Shown here: positions 18,798 through 28,181 of the stretch, piece after piece
Layout of the letters: each line of letters starts with the position of its first letter
Position numbering within the stretch: position 1 is the first letter of the stretch
Origin: a virus
Lineage: Duplodnaviria; Caudoviricetes
Virus record (IMG/VR): IMGVR_UViG_3300048856_000101
Span: 1 to 45,284 of that record
Length of the DNA: 45,284 nucleotides
Reading direction: 5' to 3' (one strand)
The notes under the pieces: model-generated
Told to the model about the DNA's origin: nothing
What the model saw: the letters and a program-made list of their open reading frames with translations, nothing else
Database searches by the model: none
Position numbers and translations under genes: made by a program

Positions 18798-20115
18798 CGT
18801 TGCCTACCAGGATCGCGGACTGGAGTTGCTCGATTGCACGGTCGGCTTCTTCCTGAGCAATCTCATCCGGTGACATGCCCCAAATGTGTTCATCGATCCA
18901 TCGCTGTGATTTCCCGCCAGCTTTCGCCTGCGCAGCCGACGCCGCCTTCTCCGACAATGACACGTGTTCGGGCGGCTCCCACAACACCTGCACGGTGGAG
19001 CCGTCGTCCAGCCCGAGGATGCGCAGCGCAGCAAGGAGCGCACCCTCCATCGGCGCAGAGACCCGCGCGATGCGGTCCTTCGCCTTCTGAATCTCACCCT
19101 TGTGCACGTTCGCAGCCCCCGTGGCCGACTGATTCTGCCCATCCGGGATAAACACATCAATGGGCGACTGGGTGACGGCGGCGAAATCGCGAAGATCAGT
19201 CTTCTCGCCGTCAAGCAACGGCCGAATGTCGGTGTCCTGCGATTCCCAGACGTCGATACCCTCGGGCAGGTCCCACAAGGCTCCCGGCGCTGGTTCGAGA
19301 ACCTTCGCCCAATCAATGTCGTTACCTTCCAGGTCTTGCTCCGGGAGACCGCCCTTCATGGCGCGCTGCTTGTACGCCTGCATCGCGGTAATGACGAGAC
19401 GTTGCAGTTTGTCGAGGTTGATCCGGTCGATGACGTCGACGTGGGGTTCGAACTCCGCGACCCCGTTCGCGTTGACGAGCTCGAACACGGGCAGCGAACC
19501 CACGTACGTTTCGGGCTCGCCGTCTGTCTCCCACCCACCAGTGACGGTGCCGCGAATCGAGCCGCTCTCGGTCTTGGTCGAGCGCCTGTAACGTTGCCGT
19601 AGTCCGGGCACCCACACGTACGCGAAATCGGTGTCAAGGTCCTCGTCCCGCCACGCTTTTAGCGCTGCGCGTGACCGCCACGGCTGCACAGGGTCGGGCG
19701 CCGTGATGGTCTGTTCGGGCGGCTCAGATGTGATGATCGGCTCGCCGTCGCGGATGCCGGTGATCAGGTAGCCGTAGCTCGTGGAGAGCACGTTCCAGAT
19801 CGCGTCGGCGAAGACCACAGCGAGCCGGTTGTCCCGCCACACCTTCCGCAATGCGCCCGCGGCCGGGTTCTCCGCCGAATCGCCCACGCGAACACCGTTC
19901 GGAATCACCCGCCCGGCAAGCGAGGAGCACAACAGGCCGCCCATGTCAGTGCGAGCCTTCTTCTGGAAGGCTTCCCATGACGCTTTGGTGTTCTTACCCA
20001 TTTCCGGCATCGGCGCGTCGCCGGTCGAGTAGCGACGGTTCAGCAGAATGCGAGGCTGACGCTTGTCCAGCCGCTTCGCGAGCACGGCCAGCCATTCGTC
20101 GGGAGTGGCAGGCAT
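18784..20115 (-). CDS. Portal protein (SPP1 gp6-like)
   Basis: 443 aa after terminase; VWRDNRL, EFEPHVDVIDRIN, WGMSPDEI. Confidence 0.92.
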   Translation of the reverse strand: MPATPDEWLAVLAKRLDKRQPRILLNRRYSTGDAPMPEMGKNTKASWEAFQKKARTDMGGLLCSSLAGRVIPNGVRVGDSAENPAAGALRKVWRDNRLAVVFADAIWNVLSTSYGYLITGIRDGEPIITSEPPEQTITAPDPVQPWRSRAALKAWRDEDLDTDFAYVWVPGLRQRYRRSTKTESGSIRGTVTGGWETDGEPETYVGSLPVFELVNANGVAEFEPHVDVIDRINLDKLQRLVITAMQAYKQRAMKGGLPEQDLEGNDIDWAKVLEPAPGALWDLPEGIDVWESQDTDIRPLLDGEKTDLRDFAAVTQSPIDVFIPDGQNQSATGAANVHKGEIQKAKDRIARVSAPMEGALLAALRILGLDDGSTVQVLWEPPEHVSLSEKAASAAQAKAGGKSQRWIDEHIWGMSPDEIAQEEADRAIEQLQSAILVGNGGNT

Positions 20116-20130
20116 CTCACTCCCTTCGGG

Positions 20131-21819
20131 TTAGTAGATGCGGCGGGCCGTTCCGCGCCGGCGGGATGTGATGCCTTTGCCTAGCGCGTCGTTGCCAGCG
20201 GCGAATGCGAATGCGGCTCCCCAGGCGGCGTCGATCTTCCCGTAGTCCTGGTTGTCGTCAGCTTTCTTCAACACGAACCCGGCCCGTCGCGGATCGCGCC
20301 TGGCGTTGAGGAAGTGTTGGATGAGGGTGGGATCGTCCTCGAAGGAAACCTCAATGGCGCGAATCGCGGAGTACAGCTGGTCGAACGTGTCGCACGTCCT
20401 CGTGAGGTCCTTCTGCCGCCACCTGATCGGTTCCTGCGCGGTCATCTTGACCTTCAGCACCCGGTGATGATCGGCTTCCCACATCTTGACTTCGCCCGCC
20501 CAACCGGCGGACGGGTCGGCATAGAACCCAACGACGTTGTACTCGCGGAACGCTTTTCGCACCGCGGCCTCGATCTCCAGCTTCGGCGGCCGCCACCCCT
20601 GACCCTTCGGCCCGTCCGGCTGCTCCCAGATACCGATCGTGAAGAAGTGCCGCTGCGTGACTGAGTACCCGATGAGCACGGTCGAGTCCGCGATCCGCGA
20701 GTCATTCCGCCCTTCGGAGCCGTCGAACCCAAGCGTCACCGGTTCCGACCTGGTGATCGTCTTGTCCCTGCCGGCATTCACGCACGCGCGAATTTCCGGC
20801 TCGGTCACATACGCATCCCGCGCGGAGTCGATCTGGTTCAGGAAGTCAGCCCGCATCACCGCCGGGTCATTCGACGTGTCGAAGAAGTCCATCGCAGTAC
20901 GATGCACGTCCGACCATCCGGGCGGGCACGGCGGCTCATGCAACAAGCACCCGTCAGGGTGATTCGCTGAGTCCCCGTAGGCCACTCGGAGGCCGTGGAC
21001 TAGCGAGTCCATGTCGTCGGTCTTGGTCTCTGGCGGCGCGGGACGGTGGTCGAAGTAGATCGACCGGATCTCTTCAAGGTTCTTGTGCTTCCCTGACCGA
21101 ATCTGGTCCCAGAACTCGTGCGACGCCTCCGCGACTGACCGCTCCCCGAGTGTGTACGCGTTCGGGGTCTCGATCGTGATGCCGCCGATCTTCGTCGCAT
21201 TGTTCCGCAACGTCTGCGCCAGCTTCACTCCGTGGTTGCCGCGCAACCACGTCTCCGTCTGGTCCAGGGACGCGGCGACCGCTTTGAAGCCCTTGATCGA
21301 GTTCGGTGACGCGGTGATCGGCTGGATCCGTCCACGCTCAAGCGCCACGAACGAATCCATCGGATCGAGATTGAACTCATCCGGCGCTGAACCGTTCCGC
21401 AGCATTTCAAGCAGCGGCTCCCACGTGTTCCGGGTCTGTTCTTCGGTGACGGCAGCGATCGCGACGTACGGCGTACGCACCTTCGACCACGGCTTTCCGA
21501 CTGGCTGGCCGTCCGCGTCCCAACCGTCTGGAACGACATCGAAGATCGCCTCGGAGATCATGATTCCGCCGACAAACGGCGACTTGCCCCAACCTCGCGG
21601 GCGGATCAACGACGACCGATGAATCAGCCGCTTCCCCGTGAACGGATCGATGCGATAAATCTCGTTCAGGAACTCTTGCTGTTCAATCGTCGGCACGAAC
21701 GGGTCGAAGATCTCATCGTCGCCCGCATCAGGTCGCCCAAGGTATGCGGACATCTGATCCGCAACCTGCCAGCCCAAGGTCGGAAAGTCGTGCTCATGCA
21801 GCGGTCGCCACGGCATCAC
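20131..21819 (-). CDS. Terminase large subunit
   Basis: Walker A RPRGWGKS, LDQTE, TPNA, LGFDGS and KIDAA nuclease motifs. Confidence 0.95.
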   Translation of the reverse strand: MMPWRPLHEHDFPTLGWQVADQMSAYLGRPDAGDDEIFDPFVPTIEQQEFLNEIYRIDPFTGKRLIHRSSLIRPRGWGKSPFVGGIMISEAIFDVVPDGWDADGQPVGKPWSKVRTPYVAIAAVTEEQTRNTWEPLLEMLRNGSAPDEFNLDPMDSFVALERGRIQPITASPNSIKGFKAVAASLDQTETWLRGNHGVKLAQTLRNNATKIGGITIETPNAYTLGERSVAEASHEFWDQIRSGKHKNLEEIRSIYFDHRPAPPETKTDDMDSLVHGLRVAYGDSANHPDGCLLHEPPCPPGWSDVHRTAMDFFDTSNDPAVMRADFLNQIDSARDAYVTEPEIRACVNAGRDKTITRSEPVTLGFDGSEGRNDSRIADSTVLIGYSVTQRHFFTIGIWEQPDGPKGQGWRPPKLEIEAAVRKAFREYNVVGFYADPSAGWAGEVKMWEADHHRVLKVKMTAQEPIRWRQKDLTRTCDTFDQLYSAIRAIEVSFEDDPTLIQHFLNARRDPRRAGFVLKKADDNQDYGKIDAAWGAAFAFAAGNDALGKGITSRRRGTARRIY

Positions 21820-22295
21820 GAATCCGCCTTTCGGACCCCTCGCAGGCGTTCACGAGCAGACACCGCCTTCGCGACCTTCTCCGCGGTCTCCGCCTCAGCT
21901 CCGGTGGCCTGCGCGAACTGAATTCGCAATCGCGCCCGATCCTCCGGCGTGAACCCGTACTTCGCCTCACGCAACCGCAACTCGCTCGCCACATCGGTTC
22001 GCCCCATCCAGAACGACGCATGAATCCGCGCCGTGTCCATCAAGTACGACCAGTCCAGCTCCGTGAACTCGCCCTTGAGGGGATGCATTTCCAGCATCGC
22101 CCACCAATCTCGCGTCGCCGCCGGCCACACGAACGGCACCATCACCGGCTCACCGTCGCGCTTCACCTCAACATCGAACTCGGGAAGATCCGGCTTCCGA
22201 GCCGTCTCAATCTCCACGACCCGAAGCTGCAAAGCATCCTTATTTCGTCGAGCACGCTTCGACGGGTCCTTCGGCGCGGGACCAACACCAGCCAT
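21816..22295 (-). CDS. Terminase small subunit
   Basis: GPAPKDP..RARRN N-terminus; ELRLREAKYGFTPEDRARLRI. Confidence 0.9.
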   Translation of the reverse strand: MAGVGPAPKDPSKRARRNKDALQLRVVEIETARKPDLPEFDVEVKRDGEPVMVPFVWPAATRDWWAMLEMHPLKGEFTELDWSYLMDTARIHASFWMGRTDVASELRLREAKYGFTPEDRARLRIQFAQATGAEAETAEKVAKAVSARERLRGVRKADS

Positions 22296-22349
22296 GAGTG
22301 GACTCCCGTTCCAAGGGCCGAATCAGCCGCCTTCCGGGCCGCCAGGCGC

Positions 22350-22432
22350 ATTTTCCCCAGACCCGTACACGGGGCGACGCACAGCACGCTCCTGCGCGGC
22401 TGGGGGCGGGGGTAGGGGGTGGTGGCCCCCTG
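22350..22432. other. Probable cos/packaging region
   Basis: Non-coding gap between HNH and terS with G/C runs and GTACGGGTCTGGGG; this position is typical of cos phages. Exact cut site not determined. Confidence 0.5.
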
Positions 22433-22447
22433 GCGTTCGGTCGGCGG

Positions 22448-22759
22448 TCAACGGAGGCCTGGGTGTTGTTCTCTTGGGTGTAGGTGTGTGCCGCGTCTGG
22501 TGTTGCTGTTCTTGCGTGCTTGTGCTGCTTGTTGTTGTGTCTCACGGTTGTGGTGCCATTGGCAGAGCGTGGTCACCATGTCCACGGTGGTTCGTTCGCC
22601 TGGTCGCCACTGGGTGAGATGTGCTGCTTCGAGCTTTGTGGTTTCGGGGCAGCGTGTGCCGTTACGGAGTGTGGCTGTGCACCGGTGACCGTCCCGTTGG
22701 AGGCACGCTGCCCGGACGGTGGTGGGTACGTGGGTGGGGCGGTTGCTCTCCCAAGTCAT
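22448..22759 (-). CDS. Terminase-associated HNH endonuclease
   Basis: LQRDGHRC...C...LEAAH...LCQWHHNRET...HPG. Confidence 0.88.
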   Translation of the reverse strand: MTWESNRPTHVPTTVRAACLQRDGHRCTATLRNGTRCPETTKLEAAHLTQWRPGERTTVDMVTTLCQWHHNRETQQQAAQARKNSNTRRGTHLHPREQHPGLR

Positions 22760-22961
22760 GACGCCTCCCCCGCTGACTTCTGATCTCGGCCGCGTAGGCC
22801 GGTTCCATGCCGTCGCCTTCGCGCAGGAGAATTAATAGCGGTCGATTGGTTTTGTATCAAGTCGGCTCATTAGCCGACTGGTGGGCGGCAGTCATCGCCG
22901 CGACTCTCGGTATGCGCGGCGAACACTTCGTGCGCGACTGCAGAGAGACGGAGAAACTCCT

Positions 22962-23138
22962 ATGGCTAAGTTCGAAATCTTCCGGGACACCAGTGACAAG
23001 TACCGGTTTCACCTGACGGCAGCTAATGGCGAGATCGTTGCAGCTTCTGAGGCGTATGCCTCGAAGGCGGGCGCACAGAGCGGCATTGACTTTCTGAAGC
23101 GAGAGAGCGGCAGCGCGGACACGATCGACCTGACGTAG
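22962..23138 (+). CDS. YegP/DUF1508 (UPF0339) protein, copy 1
   Basis: KFEIFRD...YRFHL.AANGEIVAASEAY.SK..A..GI; RBS GGAG. Confidence 0.92.
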   Translation: MAKFEIFRDTSDKYRFHLTAANGEIVAASEAYASKAGAQSGIDFLKRESGSADTIDLT

Positions 23139-23144
23139 CGCGCG

Positions 23145-23178
23145 CGAACGTGCGCCCGCTCGGGCGGGCGCACGTTCG
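23145..23178. terminator. Hairpin between YegP copy 1 and the convergent gene
   Basis: CGAACGTGCGCCCGC-TCGG-GCGGGCGCACGTTCG, perfect 15-bp stem. Confidence 0.75.
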
Positions 23179-23184
23179 ACGTCG

Positions 23185-23448
23185 CTATCCAATGAGGAGC
23201 TCGCCTGCGTGCAGGACTGGGATCTCGGGGTTGTCGTCTATCCGGACCCACACCTTGTACACAGTTGGGGTTGAGTGTGGTCCGGTAAGGAACCCGACCT
23301 GCCCGTCGAGGGAAATGACGGGTGACCAGGTGGTGGGGCGATCGCGGCCGGTGGTGAGGGCGTACTGGATCGTGTCGGTCGCGATGGTGTCAGGGCTGAC
23401 CACGTGGATCGGGATGAATTCGACTGATTCGCGTTGCACGCTAACCAA
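23185..23448 (-). CDS. Small virion protein, third gene of the fibre cassette
   Basis: 87 aa; RESVEF...YKVWVRIDDNPEIPV beta-rich pattern. Confidence 0.72.
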   Translation of the reverse strand: MVSVQRESVEFIPIHVVSPDTIATDTIQYALTTGRDRPTTWSPVISLDGQVGFLTGPHSTPTVYKVWVRIDDNPEIPVLHAGELLIG

Positions 23449-24514
23449 GGCTTGCCTCCCATCTCGTTCCCGGTAACCCCACAGTTAGTTGCAGTGCCCG
23501 ATAGACGGTCTTCACCGGGTATGCCCGCCCTGCACCCGCCGCGGCCGGGGCGACGATCAGCGCGGAGATACCCAGCGTTGGGGTGCGTGCCAGGAGGTTC
23601 CCGGTTGCGCGCACCGCGCTGATGGTCGCGGCAGCAGCCCCGACGACGACGGGTATGCGGGCGGTACTGGTGACCGTGTTGGCGGGTACGGTCACGCGTG
23701 CCGCGGCAGCAACGCCCGGGACACGGGCGAGCCCGGATACTGCACCCGTGGGCGCGACCAGGCTGGCCGCGGCTTACACCGTGGGTGCCGACGCGATGGT
23801 GGTGGTCGTGGCTGGTGGCGGGTTGACCGTCGCCGGTGCCGGGGTTCCGGCGAGGATGATGCCGGCACCGGCGCGTTGCACGCTCGTCCCGATGCTGACC
23901 GTGGTGCCGGTGCTGTCGCCCGGGTCCACGTTACGGGTGAACACGACAAGCACGGTCCGGCCGCCACCGTCGAGACTGGTCGACTCGACATGGGCGGTGG
24001 AGGTGTACCCGTTGGTTGCGGACTGGGTGATGGTCGGGAACGACGGTGCCGTGTACTGGGCGTTCAGGGCGACGAGCGAGAGTGACTCGACCCCCGGCGG
24101 GGTCATCGTGGGGATGACGACGGTGGACGGCGGCCCAGCCGCGTCCGTCCCGTACCCCGTCAGTGAGGCAGGGACGGTGGCGGTGTCGGCTCCGGTGATT
24201 CGGTGCAACGTCCCGGCCAGGCGGCCAGTCCCTGCCGTGGTGAACGTCAACCCGTACGAGGAAGGGCTGGTCGAGGTGACCACATGGACGTAGAACCCGA
24301 GGACACGGTGCGCGCTGGTTGACGGGTTCTCAAACGGTGGCGCGACGCGGGACCAACCGGTCCCGGCGAAGTCGACCGTGACACCAGCGCCGGAGTGCGT
24401 GAGGACCGCGACCAGGAGGTCCCCGACCTGCACCCCGGCCGGGTCAGGGAGGGTGATCTGGGTGCCGGACTGGACGGTCGCGGTGGTGGTGTCGGCGATG
24501 ACCGGACGGCCCAT
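23441..24514 (-). pseudogene. Fibre-like virion protein interrupted by an in-frame TAA at 23774-23776
   Basis: ORFs 23774-24514 and 23441-23695 share a frame; reading across gives ..IASAPTV*AAASLVAPTG..RVTVPAN. N-terminal PAGVQVGDLLVAV domain. Confidence 0.8.
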
Positions 24515-24527
24515 CCCGAACCACCTC

Positions 24528-24965
24528 CTACGCGACGGTCAGGGTGAAGATCCCCGCGGCATCCCACGAAATCGTGAACGCGGCCGACGTGGACGACACG
24601 TCAGCACCGAAGTCCACGAACCCGATCAGCGGGCGGGTCGCGTCCGTGCCCGGGGTCGCGTCGTAGATGATCGCGTACCGGGCGGTGATCGTCGCGTTCG
24701 ACCACACCGTGTCGGCCGCATCGAACTTCAACGTGTTCGTCGCACCGTCGTACATGAGCGTCACACTTGTCAGCACGGCACCGCCCGCGGTGTAGCCAGT
24801 CCCGGTGACCTCGTTCGTGACGTCGTTCTTGAAATCGTGCGCGTCCTGATCGGGCGTGTACGCGGACGTGCACAGCATGACCCGGAACGTGTCCGCGGAC
24901 AGGTCAATCTTCTTCGTCGCCAGCGCGTTCAGGAACGCGCCATACAGCTTCGCGGAAACAGCCAA
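24528..24965 (-). CDS. Conserved phage structural protein (putative fibre base)
   Basis: IDLSADTFRVML..YTPD...EVTGTGYTAGG...FDAAD..W...ARYAIIYD; RBS GAAAGGG. Confidence 0.8.
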   Translation of the reverse strand: MAVSAKLYGAFLNALATKKIDLSADTFRVMLCTSAYTPDQDAHDFKNDVTNEVTGTGYTAGGAVLTSVTLMYDGATNTLKFDAADTVWSNATITARYAIIYDATPGTDATRPLIGFVDFGADVSSTSAAFTISWDAAGIFTLTVA

Positions 24966-25128
24966 GAGGTCACCCTTTCACATGTTCGGGATGCGGCGAA
25001 GAGGCCGATATATACCGGCTAGTCGGTTTTGTTGCCAGTCGTCTCTTTGACTGACTACCGGGCCCGCCGTGTCCGTTGGCAGGATCAAGCGGGAACAGTC
25101 CGCAGCATCACGACAGGATGGAAACAAA

Positions 25129-25314
25129 ATGGCGAAGTTCGAGATATATCAGGACAACCCCGGTGAGTACCGATTTCGACTCAAAGGGGCCAACGATGAA
25201 ATCATCGTCGCTTCTGAGGGGTTTACCACTCGGACTAACGCCGAGCGCGGTGTTGAAGCGGTGAAACGTGTGGCGCCACTGGCTCAGGTGGTGCACCTCG
25301 CGCAACGGCTCTAG
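25129..25314 (+). CDS. YegP/DUF1508 (UPF0339) protein, copy 2
   Basis: KFEIYQD..GEYRFRLKGANDEIIVASEGF...AERGVEAVK. Confidence 0.92.
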   Translation: MAKFEIYQDNPGEYRFRLKGANDEIIVASEGFTTRTNAERGVEAVKRVAPLAQVVHLAQRL

Positions 25315-26068
25315 CCGTCACCGATAGGTTCGAAGCGTGCACAAGATGGCCTTCGGTGACGAGTTCGTGGCCGAGGTCAACATCAGTCACGAGGGTCATA
25401 GGTCCTCCCCGACTTCTGAGCAGTCCGAGGGCGGGAGTTGGAGTTCCTGGTCGTCTACGAGGTCGAGGGCCGGGTCGAACCGGCGTTCCAACCGTTCATC
25501 TGGTCCATACATCACCGACTCCATCGACGGGTGCGGATGAGGAGCAGCGTCAAGACGCTGCGGCACACGCCCGCGGACGTGGGCGTGCGGAGGCGGGAAA
25601 GGCCTCGACGGTCACCAGTCAGGGCGAGGTTGAGGTGTGAGTGCCAGCCGCGGCATCACCCGGCTCTGGCGTATTGAGTTGTAAGTGATCACGCGAAGCG
25701 GGATGGCTGTAGGCCTGAGGCCAGGGCCATCCCGCTCCGCGGCGGGCGGCGGCTTTGATTCGGAACTTCACCTGGCGGGCCGCCGACGCCGCTCAGCCGG
25801 TCTACTTCGTCCGCGTCCAGGACCGGCAAATGGGTTCGCGGATATACGCGGGCATCGTCCCCGCTGGTCATCGACCACACCCCTCGTGAGGGCCACGCCG
25901 AGAGAAGTTTCCAGGTCACGAATCCGCTGAGGATGAAGGCTCAGCCGGAGGCTGGCTCACGCGTGACTGATCGGAAGTGCCTGGAAAGCACGAACCCCCA
26001 CCGCCCGGCGTGGGTGATGGGGGAACAAGGAACTCCGGGAAGTAGAGACACTTCACCGGAGCGAGATG

Positions 26069-26098
26069 AGCATACCACAGAAGTTACGTCAGTGTCAT
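26069..26098 (-). promoter_or_regulatory. Putative late promoter
   Basis: ATGACA-N18-TATGCT with TGG extended -10, followed by hairpins at 26033-26061 and about 25995-26023. Confidence 0.55.
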
Positions 26099-26099
26099 T

Positions 26100-26453
26100 T
26101 CACCCGATAACGTGAGTTCCTGGGTATTCGACGAGCGCACCCTCCGCATCGCGCCAGCGCGCTCGGAACAGGTTGTGCTCTCGCGAGAGCCCGACGGACG
26201 CGATCTCCGACGCGTCGAGTTCGGAGGGCCAGGGGTAGCCGCCCTCGTCATCGTCGAAGCCCGCCTTGTGCAGCGCTGACGAGAATGCCATGCACTGGCG
26301 GCACGCCTTGAACGTGTACAGGCGGCCGTCGAAGATGTTGCGCTGAGCCGTGTACGTCTCGCCGCGCTCGATCGTTCGCTCGCAGAGCTGGCACTTGTGC
26401 TCCTTGCGCGCCCTCGGCTCAGTGTCGGCCAGCACGACTACGCCGTACGTCAT
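26100..26453 (-). CDS. Hypothetical Zn-binding phage protein
   Basis: RARKEHKCQLC..I.RGETY...CRQC; ATGA coupling. Confidence 0.8.
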   Translation of the reverse strand: MTYGVVVLADTEPRARKEHKCQLCERTIERGETYTAQRNIFDGRLYTFKACRQCMAFSSALHKAGFDDDEGGYPWPSELDASEIASVGLSREHNLFRARWRDAEGALVEYPGTHVIG

Positions 26454-26653
26454 CGCGCGGCCCCCGAATCATGCGGTTCCGGGTCGAGCAGCTCGATGAT
26501 CTCGTCGGCGAGGGCGAGTGACCGGCGCTGCGCATCCGACTTCCAGGACGACCGGTGATCACCGAAGGCTGCGGGCATGATCTTGCGCGCGATGCGCTCC
26601 CGCAACGGAAGGTCCATATCGAACAACTCAGACACGATCGGCCCTCGAATCAT
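26450..26653 (-). CDS. Hypothetical protein
   Basis: LRERIAR...LADEIIELL; coupled to neighbours. Confidence 0.65.
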   Translation of the reverse strand: MIRGPIVSELFDMDLPLRERIARKIMPAAFGDHRSSWKSDAQRRSLALADEIIELLDPEPHDSGAAR

Positions 26654-26816
26654 CGGTTCCTGGGATGCGCAGCTCGTCGAGGATGCGCAGCGTGCGCTCC
26701 GAGAACTGATCGCGGCGCACGAGTTCGTCTTGTGCCTTGTCGATCGCCTCGTTCCAGCCCTCGCGGTACTCCGCCCGGAGCGTCTGTGTGGCCTCGGCGT
26801 CAGTGATCTGGATCAT
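26628..26816 (-). CDS. Hypothetical protein
   Basis: RBS GAGGAG, ATGA overlap; EYREGWNEA motif. Confidence 0.65.
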   Translation of the reverse strand: MIQITDAEATQTLRAEYREGWNEAIDKAQDELVRRDQFSERTLRILDELRIPGTDDSRADRV

Positions 26817-27097
26817 TGGGTCTCCTCTGACACATGCGGTTCCGGGTCGAGCGCCGATTGAAGGTCAGCCTCGATCCCGTCCGCGATTGCGTCGTATTCG
26901 GCCGCCCATACGAGGTACATGTCCGCGATGCGTGCTGCGAAATGCACCGGAACCCCGCGGGTCCCGTAGTGGATTCCCGCGTACTGCATCGTCAGTCCGC
27001 ACGTCGCTATCTTGTGCAACTCTCGGAGTTCGTGAGCCTGACGCCGAGCCTCCCGCGCGCGCGTCTGGTTGTACTCGAATGTTGCGAGCTTGCTCAT
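26813..27097 (-). CDS. Hypothetical protein
   Basis: RBS GGAG; ATGA overlaps at both ends. Confidence 0.7.
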   Translation of the reverse strand: MSKLATFEYNQTRAREARRQAHELRELHKIATCGLTMQYAGIHYGTRGVPVHFAARIADMYLVWAAEYDAIADGIEADLQSALDPEPHVSEETQ

Positions 27098-27711
27098 CGT
27101 GTCTCCGTCCCTGAATCTGCCGTTCTAGTGCCTGCTGAAATCGCGAGCGTGAACCACATGAACTGGTCCGGCGTCCAGGACTCATCGCACGCGATACAGC
27201 GAGCCTCGAACGTCTCCCCCGTCATCCGGTCACGCACGAACCGCAACGCCTTCACTGACACGGTCTCTCCGTCGCGCTCTTGCGGGATCTCCTTCACCCC
27301 GCACGACACGCACGGCGCGTCGATCTCCGCAAACCGGGGCGGCACAAGCAGGTCCGTGATTCGACGTTCCCAACGACGCAACAGAGTGTCCGCGTCGTCA
27401 CCAACAGCAGCAGCCCACAGCGCGACGATCGTCTCAACAGCATCAGGGTTGTTAGCGCGACCACCTGAGACTTCCTCCCACGCATCATTCGCTTCACGTT
27501 TGATCAGCTCGATGAGGTCGAGCGCCGTCGCGTCCAACGGCAAACGCGCCTTGTTGCCACTCGCGCCCGACTTCGAGTTGCCCGAAACGATCGCGTCACG
27601 CAACTGTTGAATCAGCCCGTCCTCGATCGCTTCGAGCTTCGAACCGTCGTCGCGGAGCACCACGACCCGGTGTGCGCTCGTGAGGCGCTGAAGAACCTCG
27701 TGGTACGTCAT
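27094..27711 (-). CDS. Zn-ribbon protein, candidate late-transcription regulator
   Basis: LIQQLRDAI..S...LPLDATALDL...PCVSCG...CIACDESW; function inferred from position near the late promoter. Confidence 0.7.
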   Translation of the reverse strand: MTYHEVLQRLTSAHRVVVLRDDGSKLEAIEDGLIQQLRDAIVSGNSKSGASGNKARLPLDATALDLIELIKREANDAWEEVSGGRANNPDAVETIVALWAAAVGDDADTLLRRWERRITDLLVPPRFAEIDAPCVSCGVKEIPQERDGETVSVKALRFVRDRMTGETFEARCIACDESWTPDQFMWFTLAISAGTRTADSGTETR

Positions 27712-27992
27712 GCTTGGTCTCCGATCGTGAGCGTGTCGGGGTTGGTCGTGGGCTCGGGTATCTCGATCAGGTGCGCCCCGGAGTGCCTCGGTTCACGGAT
27801 GCACCGAAGGTCGCCGACGTTCGGGAGGGGTAGCAGAGCGCCGAGCTCGAATGGGCACCGGCCGGTAATCGGCGGGACCATGCACGGGTCCGAAGCGGCC
27901 GGGTCCCGGTCGCTGGTCAGGCATCGGGAGCAAACAAAACCCGCCGAGATGTCCTCGGCGGGTGTCGGATCCCAATCATGTGACGGGTGCAC
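27708..27992 (-). CDS. Hypothetical Cys/His-rich protein
   Basis: HDW...CSRC...C...C...HSGAH. Confidence 0.65.
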   Translation of the reverse strand: MHPSHDWDPTPAEDISAGFVCSRCLTSDRDPAASDPCMVPPITGRCPFELGALLPLPNVGDLRCIREPRHSGAHLIEIPEPTTNPDTLTIGDQA

Positions 27993-28181
27993 TCAAAGCC
28001 CCCTCGGGTTGTTGTGGGTTTGGTAGAGGTTGATGACCCAGGCGGTCTTACACGGCCACGGGTCGCCGTCCTCCACACAGTCGCCGTACTCTTCCGGCTG
28101 GTGCACCATCAGCAGCGACCGGATGAGCCACCGCTCGGTGAGCCGCTCTGCCTCCAACTTCTCTTCCTCAGTCCCGGTCAT
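27993..28181 (-). CDS. Hypothetical protein
   Basis: RBS GGAGG; H.P...CVED...WPCKT motif seen in actinophage small proteins. Confidence 0.7.
   Translation of the reverse strand: MTGTEEEKLEAERLTERWLIRSLLMVHQPEEYGDCVEDGDPWPCKTAWVINLYQTHNNPRGL

Noticed and set aside
22962-25314. Invertible segment or composite transposon bounded by the YegP copies
   Set aside because: Copies are in direct orientation and divergent, with no invertase, transposase or target duplication seen.
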